From: Macrostomum hystrix
Lineage: Eukaryota; Animalia; Platyhelminthes
Reading direction: 5' to 3'
Assembly (NCBI GenBank): GCA_950097015.1
Contig: CATNEN010000008.1
Coordinates: 310,001-374,000 of the forward strand
Length of the DNA stretch: 64,000 bases
In this document: in pieces, positions 35,481 through 46,351 of the stretch
Numbering within the stretch: position 1 is the stretch's first letter
How the letters are laid out: each line of letters opens with the position of its first letter
Made by a program: the position numbers and the translations under genes
Notes under the pieces: model-generated
Databases searched by the model: none
Told to the model about the DNA's origin: nothing
What the model saw: only the letters and a program-made list of their open reading frames with translations

Positions 35481-38400
35481 ATGTCTGGACCAGTGAACAT
35501 TGTGATCAACGGCCACAGACAGACAAACAGTGGGGTGCAGATTGCTGCGAATGTTCAAGCCAGACGATCCATCTTTGAGAGACAGCCGCAGCAGCACCAG
35601 CAGCAGCACCAGCAGCACCAGCAGCAACACCAGCAGCAGCAGCAGCAGCAGCAGCACCAGCACCAGCAGCACCAGCACCAGCAGCAGCACCAGCACCAGC
35701 ACCAGCAGCAGCAGCAGCATTCTTCTGGATTGAACGGGACTGCAGTAACATCGCGCCAGATTGTTCCAAAAACTGCCAACTCTGCTGCCCCGGCTGCGAG
35801 ACCCGCTGTCTCTCCTGCCAACTCCGCTGCCCCGGCTGCGAGACCCGCTGTCTCTCCTGCCAACTCCGCTGCCCCGGCTGCGAGACCCGCTGTCTCTCCT
35901 GCCAACTCCGCTGCCCCGGCTGCGAGACCCGCTGTCTCTCCTGCCAACTCCGCTGCCCCGGCTGCGAGACCCGCTGTCTCTCCTGCCAACTCCGCTGCCC
36001 CGGCTGCGAGACCCGCTGTCTCTCCTGCCAACTCCGCTGCCCCGGCTGCGAGACCCGCTGTCTCTCCTGCCAACTCCGCTGCCCCGGCTGCGAGACCCGC
36101 TGTCTCTCCTGCCAACTCCGCTGCCCCGGCTGCGAGACCCGCTGTCTCTCCTGCCAACTCCGCTGCCCCGGCTGCGAGACCCGCTGTCTCTCCTGCCAAC
36201 TCCGCTGCCCCGGCTGCGAGACCCGCTGTCTCTCCTGCCAACTCCGCTGCCCCGGCTGCGAGACCCGCTGTCTCTCCTGCCAACTCCGCTGCCCCGGCTG
36301 CGAGACCCGCTGTCTCTCCTGCCAACTCCGCTGCCCCGGCTGCGAGACCCGCTGTCTCTCCTGCCAACTCCGCTGCCCCGGCTGCGAGACCCGCTGTCTC
36401 TCCTGCCAACTCCGCTGCCCCGGCTGCGAGACCCGCTGTCTCTCCTGCCAACTCCGCTGCCCCGGCTGCGAGACCCGCTGTCTCTCCTGCCAACTCCGCT
36501 GCCCCGGCTGCGAGACCCGCTGTCTCTCCTGCCAACTCCGCTGCCCCGGCTGCGAGACCCGCTGTCTCTCCTGCCAACTCCGCTGCCCCGGCTGCGAGAC
36601 CCGCTGTCTCTCCTGCCAACTCCGCTGCCCCGGCTGCGAGACCCGCTGTCTCTCCTGCCAACTCCGCTGCCCCGGCTGCGAGACCCGCTGTCTCTCCTGC
36701 CAACTCCGCTGCCCCGGCTGCGAGACCCGCTGTCTCTCCTGCCAACTCCGCTGCCCCGGCTGCGAGACCCGCTGTCTCTCCTGCCAACTCCGCTGCCCCG
36801 GCTGCGAGACCCGCTGTCTCTCCTGCCAACTCCGCTGCCCCGGCTGCGAGACCCGCTGTCTCTCCTGCCAACTCCGCTGCCCCGGCTGCGAGACCCGCTG
36901 TCTCTCCTGCCAACTCCGCTGCCCCGGCTGCGAGACCCGCTGTCTCTCCTGCCAACTCCGCTGCCCCGGCTGCGAGACCCGCTGTCTCTCCTGCCAACTC
37001 CGCTGCCCCGGCTGCGAGACCCGCTGTCTCTCCTGCCAACTCCGCTGCCCCGGCTGCGAGACCCGCTGTCTCTCCTGCCAACTCCGCTGCCCCGGCTGCG
37101 AGACCCGCTGTCTCTCCTGCCAACTCCGCTGCCCCGGCTGCGAGACCCGCTGTCTCTCCTGCCAACTCCGCTGCCCCGGCTGCGAGACCCGCTGTCTCTC
37201 CTGCCAACTCCGCTGCCCCGGCTGCGAGACCCGCTGTCTCTCCTGCCAACTCCGCTGCCCCGGCTGCGAGACCCGCTGTCTCTCCTGCCAACTCCGCTGC
37301 CCCGGCTGCGAGACCCGCTGTCTCTCCTGCCAACTCCGCTGCCCCGGCTGCGAGACCCGCTGTCTCTTCGTTGAACGCATCCGATGCGCCTTTAAAGCGC
37401 GTCAACGTTTCAACCGCCTCGGTTGCCTCATCAATGACCGTGTTTGCCTCTCCTCAGACAACGGCATCTGCCCCAGTTAGGCAGAGATCCGCGCCTTCCA
37501 ACTCCGCATCGTCGTCCATGTCAGCGTCGCATCGCTCCGTTGGAACTGCAGGCCTCGGAGGTGGTTTCGGGAGTAGTCGGAGCTGGTACTTCGGCACGAA
37601 AATTTCCAGCGCCTCCGAGAGCGCCATCGCCGTCCGACTGACGCCAAGTCAGCCAACTGAGATGAGCCCGGAGCGTCGCGCTCAGGCCACGGTGCTGGAC
37701 CATCTGCGCTCGGAGCGAACGGAATTCGGCGTCGATCCGGCGCTGGAGGCCGAGGCCCGACAACTCCTGGCCGCTGGAGATCCCTCACCTGAGGGTCTGA
37801 GAAAGAAGCGGGTGAGTGGAGAGGGTGAGTTTGCGGTCTGCCTTTTGCGCCAAGGTCCCTGAGCTCGATTCCGCGGCGAGGCCACATTAAACTGCGGCAG
37901 GAGCAGAGGAGAGATAAATTTGAAGGAAATTTGAAGGGGTCTTGTGAAGGGGTCTTGTGAAGGGGTCTTGTGAAGGGGTCTGCATTTTTACTTTTCGGCG
38001 TTGTGAAATTTCGGTCTTGTGAAAGCCACCCTGAAGGCTTGGGGGCTTGTCGTGCAATTTACGCCCTTGAGGGCCAACCTCCAAGACACAGTGAGAGTGT
38101 ACACTGCCCGACGATGAGAAGTCAGGGCAGATGTACACGCCTGTGTGAGCGTGTGCCTGCGTACAGTATCTGTGTGCGTGTGCTCGAGAGCCAGCGAAAT
38201 GGTCAGAACTGCCTCCTCGCTGGCTGCGGGTCTAGTGTCACCAAATGATGTGCCATTGCCCGCAGCCCTCCTGCAATTATCATTGTTATTAGCGGGTAAT
38301 TAGACTATTTCTATCCTAAAGAAATAGAAGCCAAATCAGAAACACTTTCATATTCTTTCCAGCTGTGCTTCGCTCGAGACTCAATCCTAGCTGAGACCTT

Positions 38401-39839
38401 CGAATACCAGAGTGAGCAAAGCCTCATGGACGAACTGAAGATCACACCGGACTATCCGGTTGAACCGGTTCAAATCGAGGCCACACCCATCCTTCAAAAG
38501 CAGCTGCCCGTGTCTTCTCAGCTGATGCAGCAGCAGCGAAAAAGTGCAGAGGAAGCCGCAAAATCAGAACAATTTCATGGTAAATCTTCCCGGTATCACA
38601 GGAAAAACCTGTGATAGATCAGGCAGTCCTCATGACCAGAGGAGGACAGTCCTCATGACCAGAGGAGGACAGTCCCCATGACCAGAGGAGGACAGTCCCC
38701 ATGACCAGAGGAGGACAATTCATATGACCAGAGGAGGACAGTTCATATGACCAGAGGAGGACAGTTCACATGACCAGAGGAGGACAGTTCATATGACCAG
38801 AGGAGGACAGTTCATATGACCAGAGGAGGACAGTCCCCATGACCAGAGGAGGACAGTCCCCATGACCAGAGGAGGACAGTCCCCATGACCAGAGGAGGAC
38901 AGTCCCCATGACCAGAGGAGGACAATTCACATGACCAGAGGAGGACAGTCCCCATGACCAGAGGAGGACAGTCCCCATGACCAGAGGAGGACAGTCCCCA
39001 TGACCAGAGGAGGACAATTCACATGACCAGAGGAGGACAGTCCCCATGACCAGAGGAGGACAGTCCCCATGACCAGAGGAGGACAGTCCCCATGACCAGA
39101 GGAGGACAGTCCCCATGACCAGAGGAGGACAATTCACATGACCAGAGGAGGACAGTTCATATGACCAGAGGAGGACAGTCCCCATGACCAGAGGAGGACA
39201 GTCCCCATGACCAGAGGAGGACAATTCACATGACCAGAGGAGGACAGTTCATATGACCAGAGGAGGACAGTCCCCATGACCAGAGGAGGACAATTCACAT
39301 GACCAGAGGAGGACAGTCCCCATGACCAGAGGAGGACAGTCCCCATGACCAGAGGAGGACAGTCCCCATGACCAGAGGAGGACAGTCCCCATGACCAGAG
39401 GAGGACAGTCCCCATGACCAGAGGAGGACAGTCCCCATGACCAGAGGAGGACAGTCCCCATGACCAGAGGAGGACAGTCCCCATGACCAGAGGAGGACAG
39501 TCCCCATGACCAGAGGAGGACAGTTCGCTCGCTGCCATAGAACGCGCAGCTTTATCTTGGGTAGATAGGCGATAAAAATGTCAATAACTGGCAGCTTCTA
39601 GTTTTTTGCCGGGCTTTGTTCTAATACTAGCTTAATATATCAATTCAGGCCAGGAAGCGGCCGACATAGGCAACTACCGGGCCAAGCTCGCCAACGAAGC
39701 GGCTTTCGAATGGGGCACCAGCGGTGACGGCAGGAAAACTGTAAGGCCTGATAGCATTGAAGATACTGACAATGCTTCCCATCAGCAGCAGCAGCAGCAG
39801 CAATGGTCTGTATCGACAACGTCTGATATGCTGTTTTAA
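35481..39839 (+). CDS. Taperin/phostensin-like PP1-binding protein; exons 35481-37811, 38363-38579, 39649-39839
   Basis: Splicing creates KKR-LCFARDSILAETFEYQSEQSLMDEL, resembling the taperin/phostensin motif KISF..ETT(F/Y)EYPSESS; C-terminus WSVSTTSDMLF*. Exon phases are consistent. Confidence 0.75.
35779..37368 (+). repeat. 39-bp coding minisatellite encoding (NSAAPAARPAVSPA-type) 13-aa units, about 41 copies
   Basis: Near-identical units lie in frame with the flanking unique coding sequence. Confidence 0.96.
37845..38280 (+). mobile_element. SINE family 1, copy C, with an internal 13-bp expansion
   Basis: B-box, body and tail as in the other copies; GAAGGGGTCTTGT repeats at about 37930-37985. 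Confidence 0.85.
38625..39525. repeat. Minisatellite, 23-bp unit CATGACCAGAGGAGGACAGTCCC, about 39 copies, taperin-like intron 2
   Basis: Starts about 45 nt after the donor at 38580. Confidence 0.96.
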
Positions 39840-40189
39840 ATGTGTCTAACAACGTATAACTTAAACGATGTCTTCTCTACTATTCGTAGCAAAAAGCGCA
39901 TAATCTGAAGCACAAATTTCTTAGAAAACGGATTCGAAAATTCCTTGAAATAGAGGGGGGAGCCTGTTCGTGAGTATTCAGCCTGTTTGTCGTTGACTCG
40001 AGGCCCTGTGTAGTGCTGTACCTAGGGGCGGACTTAGGGGCCTACGTGTGAGCGATGGAAAGAAACATCATATATCTAATCATAATAATTTTGCTCAACA
40101 GAAATATCCCACAACCGGATGATCAAGACTAAAAGATCCAAATTATCCCAAGAGGGAAATATCCTAAGAATGAAATGCCCAAAACTGAA

Positions 40190-40705
40190 AAATCTAAATA
40201 TCGAAATATCCCAATATCGAAATATCCCAATATCGAAATATCCCAATATCTAAATATCCCAATATCGAAATATCCCAATATCGAAATATCCCAATATCGA
40301 AATATCCCAATATCGAAATATCCCAATATCGAAATATCCCAATATCGAAATATCCCAATATCGAAATATCCCAATATCGAAATATCCCAATATCGAAATA
40401 TCCCAATATCGAAATATCCCAATATCGAAATATCCCAATATCGAAATATCCCAATATCGAAATATCCCAATATCGAAATATCCCAATATCTAAATATCCC
40501 AATATCTAAATATCCCAATATCTAAATATCCCAATATCGAAATATCCCAATATCGAAATATCCCAATATCGAAATATCCCAATATCGAAATATCCCAATA
40601 TCGAAATATCCCAATATCGAAATATCCCAATATCTAAATATCTCAATATCTAAACATCCCAATATCTAAATATCCCAATATCGAAATATCCCAATATCGG
40701 AATAT
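40190..40705. repeat. Minisatellite, 16-bp unit AATATCGAAATATCCC, about 31 copies
   Basis: Direct reading. Confidence 0.95.
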
Positions 40706-41257
40706 CATAAAACATGTCTTAACACGGAACTATCTCATGAGCGAAGTTATCACTTGACATATATATCCTGTAGGTAAAATACCTGACGACCGGCAGGCTG
40801 AGCACACACACATTAGTCTGCATCTGCATCAAAAGTCCCTACCCCACCGCACAAAATTTACCCCAATCTTTCAGCATCAGATTCTAAGAATATATCAAAT
40901 CCATTATTGTATCCAATTTATTATATATGTAATCTCACTTATTTTATTGAATGTAACATGTAAATTGTTTTCAACAAGCCATCTGTAGTAACATTGTCTT
41001 ATATTTCCAGACATGTCCTTGCACTCGTAAGAATGATTTTTTTCATTGGATTAAAAACATTGAAAAGGTAGTTAGTGTCCTCAGTGCCGTTCAGCTATTG
41101 AGGATTCCAACTTAAAATTTATCACAAGAAAATATACTTAAATTAAAATAAATACTTAATCTGGGATATTATTTTACTTTGTCGTGTAGTTTTTTATTAT
41201 TTTCAAAATGCAGGAAGTGCGAATTATACTCTTAGCAGTAGTATTGTACATGACATG

Positions 41258-41548
41258 GGTGCCTGGCTGAGCGGTTAACGCGTCTCCAACCAGGGTCCCT
41301 AAGTTCGATTCCGCGGCGAGGCCGCATTAAACTGGGGTGCAGCCGCGGAGAGAAGGCTTGGGGGGCTTGTCGTGCAATTTACGGCCTTTGAGGGCCAACC
41401 TCCAAGGCACAGTGAGAGTGTACACTGCCCGACGATGAGAAAGTCAGGGCAGATGTACACGCCTGTGTGAGCGTATGCCTGCGTACAGTATCAGTGTGCG
41501 TGTGTGCTCAGGAGTCAGCGAAATGGGCAGAATTGCCTCCTCGCTGGT
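41258..41548 (+). mobile_element. SINE family 1, copy D (3' truncated)
   Basis: TGGCTGAGCGGTTAACGCG A-box, AGTTCGATTCC B-box and shared body. A further fragment lies at about 41790-41885. Confidence 0.87.
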
Positions 41549-41636
41549 GCCAATATGTGTCAACAATAAAATAGAGTTTTGTTAGTTACTATTTAACACT
41601 TAAAACAACTAGGAATCAAAGTATAGATAGCGGGGC

Positions 41637-43251
41637 CTAGGCCCCGGCTCGGAAAATCATCACTGCCAGCTGGTTGCACTGGATGTAGCCAAATGAGCCC
41701 TTCTCGTGGGTCACGTAGCTGGAATGAATTGTTTATTCAACGAAGTTACATTGTGACAATGTGCGGCATATCGTACTCGGACTGCTTACTGTAAGTAGGG
41801 GCTTGGGGCATGTCGTACTGGCCCCTTGAGGGCCAACCCCCCCCCCCAAGACAAAGTGAGAGTGTCACACTGCCTGACAATTGAAAAGTAAACGCTGATA
41901 GTTGGCGGGTTAGAGATAGATGATTGTTGATTTAGAATTTCTTGAAACAAATTTCAAAAGCGACTTTCACCTTGAGAATGACTTGCCGACAACCACCTGC
42001 CAGGTTGGCGCGAAGATTGCGTCGAGTTGGTTCTTCAGCTCTCTGGTGAGGCTGTCCGCTTCCGGGTGGGTCTCCGCCACCTAGGAAATGAAAAATTTTG
42101 ACAGCTTTTGTCTTATAAATGCTTAACAATGTGGACAGCGACTATGACTGATTGAGTACAGCGACTATGACTGATTGAGTACAGCAACTATGACTGATTG
42201 AGTACAGCGACTATGACTGATTGAGTACAGCGACTATGACTGATTGAGTACAGCGACTATGACAGATTGAGTACAGCGACTATGACTGATTGAGTACAGC
42301 GACTATGACCGATTGAGTACAGTGACTATGACTGATTGAGTACAGCGACTATGACTGATTGAGTACAGCGACTATGACTGATTGAGTACAGCGACTATGA
42401 CTGATTGAGTACAGCGACTATGACTGATTGAGTACAGCGACTATGACTGATTGAGTACAGCGACTATGACCGACTGAGGACAGTGAGTATGACTAACTGT
42501 GGACAGTGAGTATAGCTTATTTAGGACAACTTCTATGACCGATTTAGGATAGCGACTATGACCGATTAAGTACAGCGTCTATGACTGATTGAGTACAGCA
42601 AATATGACTGATTAAGTACAGCGTCTATGACTGATTGAGTACAGTGACTATGACTGATTGAGTACAGCGACTATGACTGATTGAGTACAGCGACTATGAC
42701 TGATTGAGTACAGCGACTATGACTGATTGAGTACAGCGACTATGACTGATTGAGTACAGTGACTATGACTGATTGAGTACAGCGACTATGACTGATTGAG
42801 TACAGCAACTATGACTGATTGAGTACAGCGACTATGACTGATTGAGTACAGCGACTATGACTGATTGAGTACAGCGACTATGACTGATTGAGTACAGCGA
42901 CTATGACTGATTGAGTACAGCGACTATGACTGATTGAGTACAGCGACTATGACTGATTGAGTACAGCGAGTATGACTGATTGAGTACAGCGACTATGACT
43001 GATTGAGTACAGCGACTATGACTGATTGAGTACAGCGACTATGACTGATTGAGTACAGCGACTATGACTGATTGAGTACAGCGACTATGGCCGATTGAGG
43101 TCATCAGCTATATCTATGACCAATAGATCAGCAGTTTTATGATCAGAGCACAGGTAGGTGCGTCACTCACCATAGCAACAGTCTCCAAGATGCCGCTGCG
43201 AAACTCCTCAGCAATGTCGCCTCGCTGCCACTGAACCCGCACAGTTGTCAT
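41637..43251 (-). CDS. Divergent LC8-type dynein light chain; exons 43251-43171, 42080-41971, 41718-41637 (90 aa)
   Basis: Spliced protein ...ELKNQLDAIFAPTWQVVVGKSFSSYVTHEKGSFGYIQCNQLAVMIFRAGA* matches the LC8 pattern FDxxYxPTWHCIVGxxFGSYVTHE. Only the first exon (81 nt) is invisible in the ORF track; exons 2 and 3 are also too short to be called as such. Confidence 0.88.
42136..43095. repeat. Minisatellite, 23-bp unit CAGCGACTATGACTGATTGAGTA, about 41 copies, dynein light chain intron 1
   Basis: Fills about 960 of 1090 bp; a degenerate patch lies near 42470-42600. Confidence 0.96.
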
Positions 43252-43744
43252 GCCAACGTTGGCAATTTAAAGAATTTCTCGAAAGATTTAAATTAGTCTC
43301 GCAGTTTCTGTTGTTAGGTGCTCAAATTAATATAGAAAAAATACATGTCCGAGCAGCGAAGACCCTAGAGTGAGTAGCGAGTGTTTGCTCAGTTATGAAC
43401 CGTGAGTCGTGCAGATGGCCCTAGATTAGACTCAGCAAAGCAAACTCCGTGTTTGCATTTTCTCCGCTTTCTTTGGCGCCAATCAAATTCTGGCACTGAG
43501 CTCGACCCGGTCCGGCAAAAGACTGGGGGCACTCACCACCCAGGTCACACTTTCTCACCGGGGCGAGAGCGTGGTTTGGGATGCGACTAGATTGAAGTAA
43601 TTATCGATTTAAAGTGTGAATTGGTGAATTGGAGATAGTTTAAATAGTGTCACTTTCGGAATAGCAAATGATCAGCCATTGGTTGTTATCAGATGAATGT
43701 TTTACCTTTATTAACCATATTTACCAATAGCCATCAACTTCTCA

Positions 43745-44470
43745 CCTTGCCTGACCCTCCCTCACCCTGACCCTCCCTCACCCTGACCCTCCCTCACCCT
43801 GACCCTCCCTCACCCTGACCCTCCCTCACCCTGACCCTCCCTCACCCTGACCCTCCCTCACCCTGACCCTCCCTCACCCTGACCCTCCCTCACCCTGACC
43901 CTCCCTCACCCTGACCCTCCCTCACCCTGACCCTCCCTCACCCTGACCCTCCCTCACCCTGACCCTCCCTCACCCTGACCCTTCCTCACCCTGACCCTCC
44001 CTCACCCTGACCCTCCCTCACCCTGACCCTCCCTCACCCTGACCCTCCCTCACCCTGACCCTCCCTCACCCTGACCCTCCCTCACCCTGACCCTCCCTCA
44101 CCCTGACCCTCCCTCACCCTGACCCTCCCTCACCCTGACCCTCTCTCCCTCTCCCCGACCCTCTTACCCTTTCCCTGAACCTCTCTCCCTCTCCCCGACC
44201 CGACCCGCTTACCCTTTCCCTGACCTTCTCTCCCTCTCCCTCTCCCCGACCCGCTTACCCTTTCCCTGACCCTCTCTCAATGACCCCCTCTCACTGACCC
44301 TGACCCTCCCTCTCCCTGACCCTCTCTCTCAATGACCCCCTCTCACTGACTCTCCCTCACCCTCTCTCCCTGACCCTCTTACCCTTCCCTGACCCTCTTA
44401 CCCTTCCCTGACACTCTCACCCTCTCCCTGACACTTTGTCTCCCTGACCATCCCTCTCCGACCCTTTCCC
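43745..44470. repeat. 16-bp unit CCCTGACCCTCCCTCA, about 24 perfect copies, then a degenerate pyrimidine-rich tail
   Basis: Direct reading. Confidence 0.95.
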
Positions 44471-44844
44471 CTTGCCTTCCCGCAGAAGTTGTTGTGTTGT
44501 TATCAGCAAATTGAAACGAGTCTCAAGTTATCAATCTCAATATTTAGTCTGCTTGCTATTGACAGAAAGCAAATATGTTTAAGGTTCTCTTTGCTCCGGT
44601 CATTACTGAACACCCAGTCACCTTACTCACCAGTCAGCTTGCATATCAACTCAGCAGTGAGTTGTGAGTTTGCTGAGTTCGATTCTCTAGTCCACAGCAT
44701 CTGTGGCGGCTCTCAGATTCATAGCGGAAGTTTTCTTAAACAACTTCTATTTGACTTCGACATTCTCTTTTAGGAGAACCAACACAGTGCCACTGAACTA
44801 ACTTAAATAATGCTACTTAGCTCTACACAACAAAGCGTGACAAA

Positions 44845-45270
44845 GGTAGGGTGAGGGATCGGAAGGGCGAGGGATTGGATGGGCGAAGGATTGGAAGGGC
44901 GAGAAATTGTAACGGCGAAGGTTTGGAAGGGCGAAGGGTTGGAAGGTGAAGGGTTGGAACGGCGAAGGGTTGGAACGGCGAAGGGTTGGAAGGGCGAAGG
45001 GTTGGAAGGGCGAAGGGTTGGAAGGGCGAAGGGTTGGAAGGGCGAAGGGTTGGAAGGGCGAAGGGTTGGAAGGGCGAAGGGTTGGAAGGGCGAAGGTTTG
45101 GAAGGGCGAAGGGTTGGAAGGGCGAAGGGTTGGAAGGGCGAAGGTTTGGAAGGGCGAAGGTTTGGAAGGGCGAAGGGTTGGAAGGGCGAAGGGTTGGAAG
45201 GGCGAAGGGTTGGAAGGGCGAAGGGTTGGAAGGGCGAAGGGTTGGAAGGGCGAAGGGTTGGAAGGGCGAA
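44845..45270. repeat. 16-bp unit GAAGGGTTGGAAGGGC
   Basis: Direct reading; related to the array at 46900-48415. Confidence 0.95.
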
Positions 45271-45600
45271 TAATGAAGGATGGGTTTGAGGCCACTTTGC
45301 TGAAGAAAGTATTTTTAAGTATTTTTAAGTTTTCCTTTTTCTGCTTCTATATGAATCATTCGGCAGAAAAAAGACTAATAAATTGTCCAGTTGTTGGGAA
45401 CATTGTCAGTTTTCTGGGTCAGAAAACTTTTTCAGAAATCTGAAACATTCTGCGTGTAGCTCGTATTTCATGCACTGAGGTTAGCATTTGGTACGCTGAT
45501 AGCATTTTGACTTCGGCTTGTTACTAAGCTCTCAAATATTTTAACGCGTGAAATACAAAGCAAAGCAAGATTATAAAATAACGATTGGCTGAGATTGGGA

Positions 45601-46008
45601 GTGACAGAGAGTGACAGAGAGTGACAGAGAGTGACAGAGAGTGACAGAGAGTGACAGAGAGTGACAGAGAGTGACAGAGAGTGACAGAGAGTGACAGAGA
45701 GCGACAGAGAGTGACAATGAGTGACAGAGAGTGACAGAGAGTGACAGAGAGCGACAGAGAGTGACAGAGAGTGACAGAGAGTGACAGAGAGTGACAGAGA
45801 GTGACAGAGAGTGACAGAGAGTGACAGAGAGCGACAGAGAGTGACAATGAGTGACAGAGAGTGACAGAGAGTGACAGAGAGCGACAGAGAGTGACAGAGA
45901 GTGACAGAGAGCGACAGAGAGCGACAGAGAGTGACAATGAGTGACAGAGAGTGACAGAGAGCGACAGAGAGCGACAGAGAGCGACAGAGAGTGACAAAGA
46001 GTGACAGA
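45601..46008. repeat. 10-bp unit GTGACAGAGA, about 41 copies
   Basis: Direct reading. Confidence 0.96.
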
Positions 46009-46351
46009 AAATATTTTGTGTGAAGAAAAGCATGCAAGAGGTAGGCTCTGGCGGAGTGACAGATATTTTGGTGAGTACAGGGCAGTAAAAAATAATTTTT
46101 TTCTTTTATCAGCGACGTTATGCAAAAAAACAGAAAATATTGCAGCTTTGTCTAGATCTTGTTTTCAAACGTACCCGACTCTGAGAACAAGCCAAACAGG
46201 CACGCTAAAAAGAATATCGTGCTCAATGTAGTGTGTGCTCAACCATTCTGTAACCCGTTGAGTAGATTTCATAGTAGTTGTCAATCAATGACCAATCAAT
46301 GTCAAAGCAATAAAGCCATAGAAACTACGAGCGTAGTTCTATAGGCCGCTG

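Noticed and set aside
35506-37405. Alternative-frame and antisense ORFs across the 39-bp array (624, 616 and 537 aa)
   Set aside because: They stay open only because the unit lacks stops; only the 35481 frame links to spliced conserved exons.
44845-45270. Telomeric repeat
   Set aside because: It contains AGGGTT but not tandem TTAGGG; the period is 16 bp.
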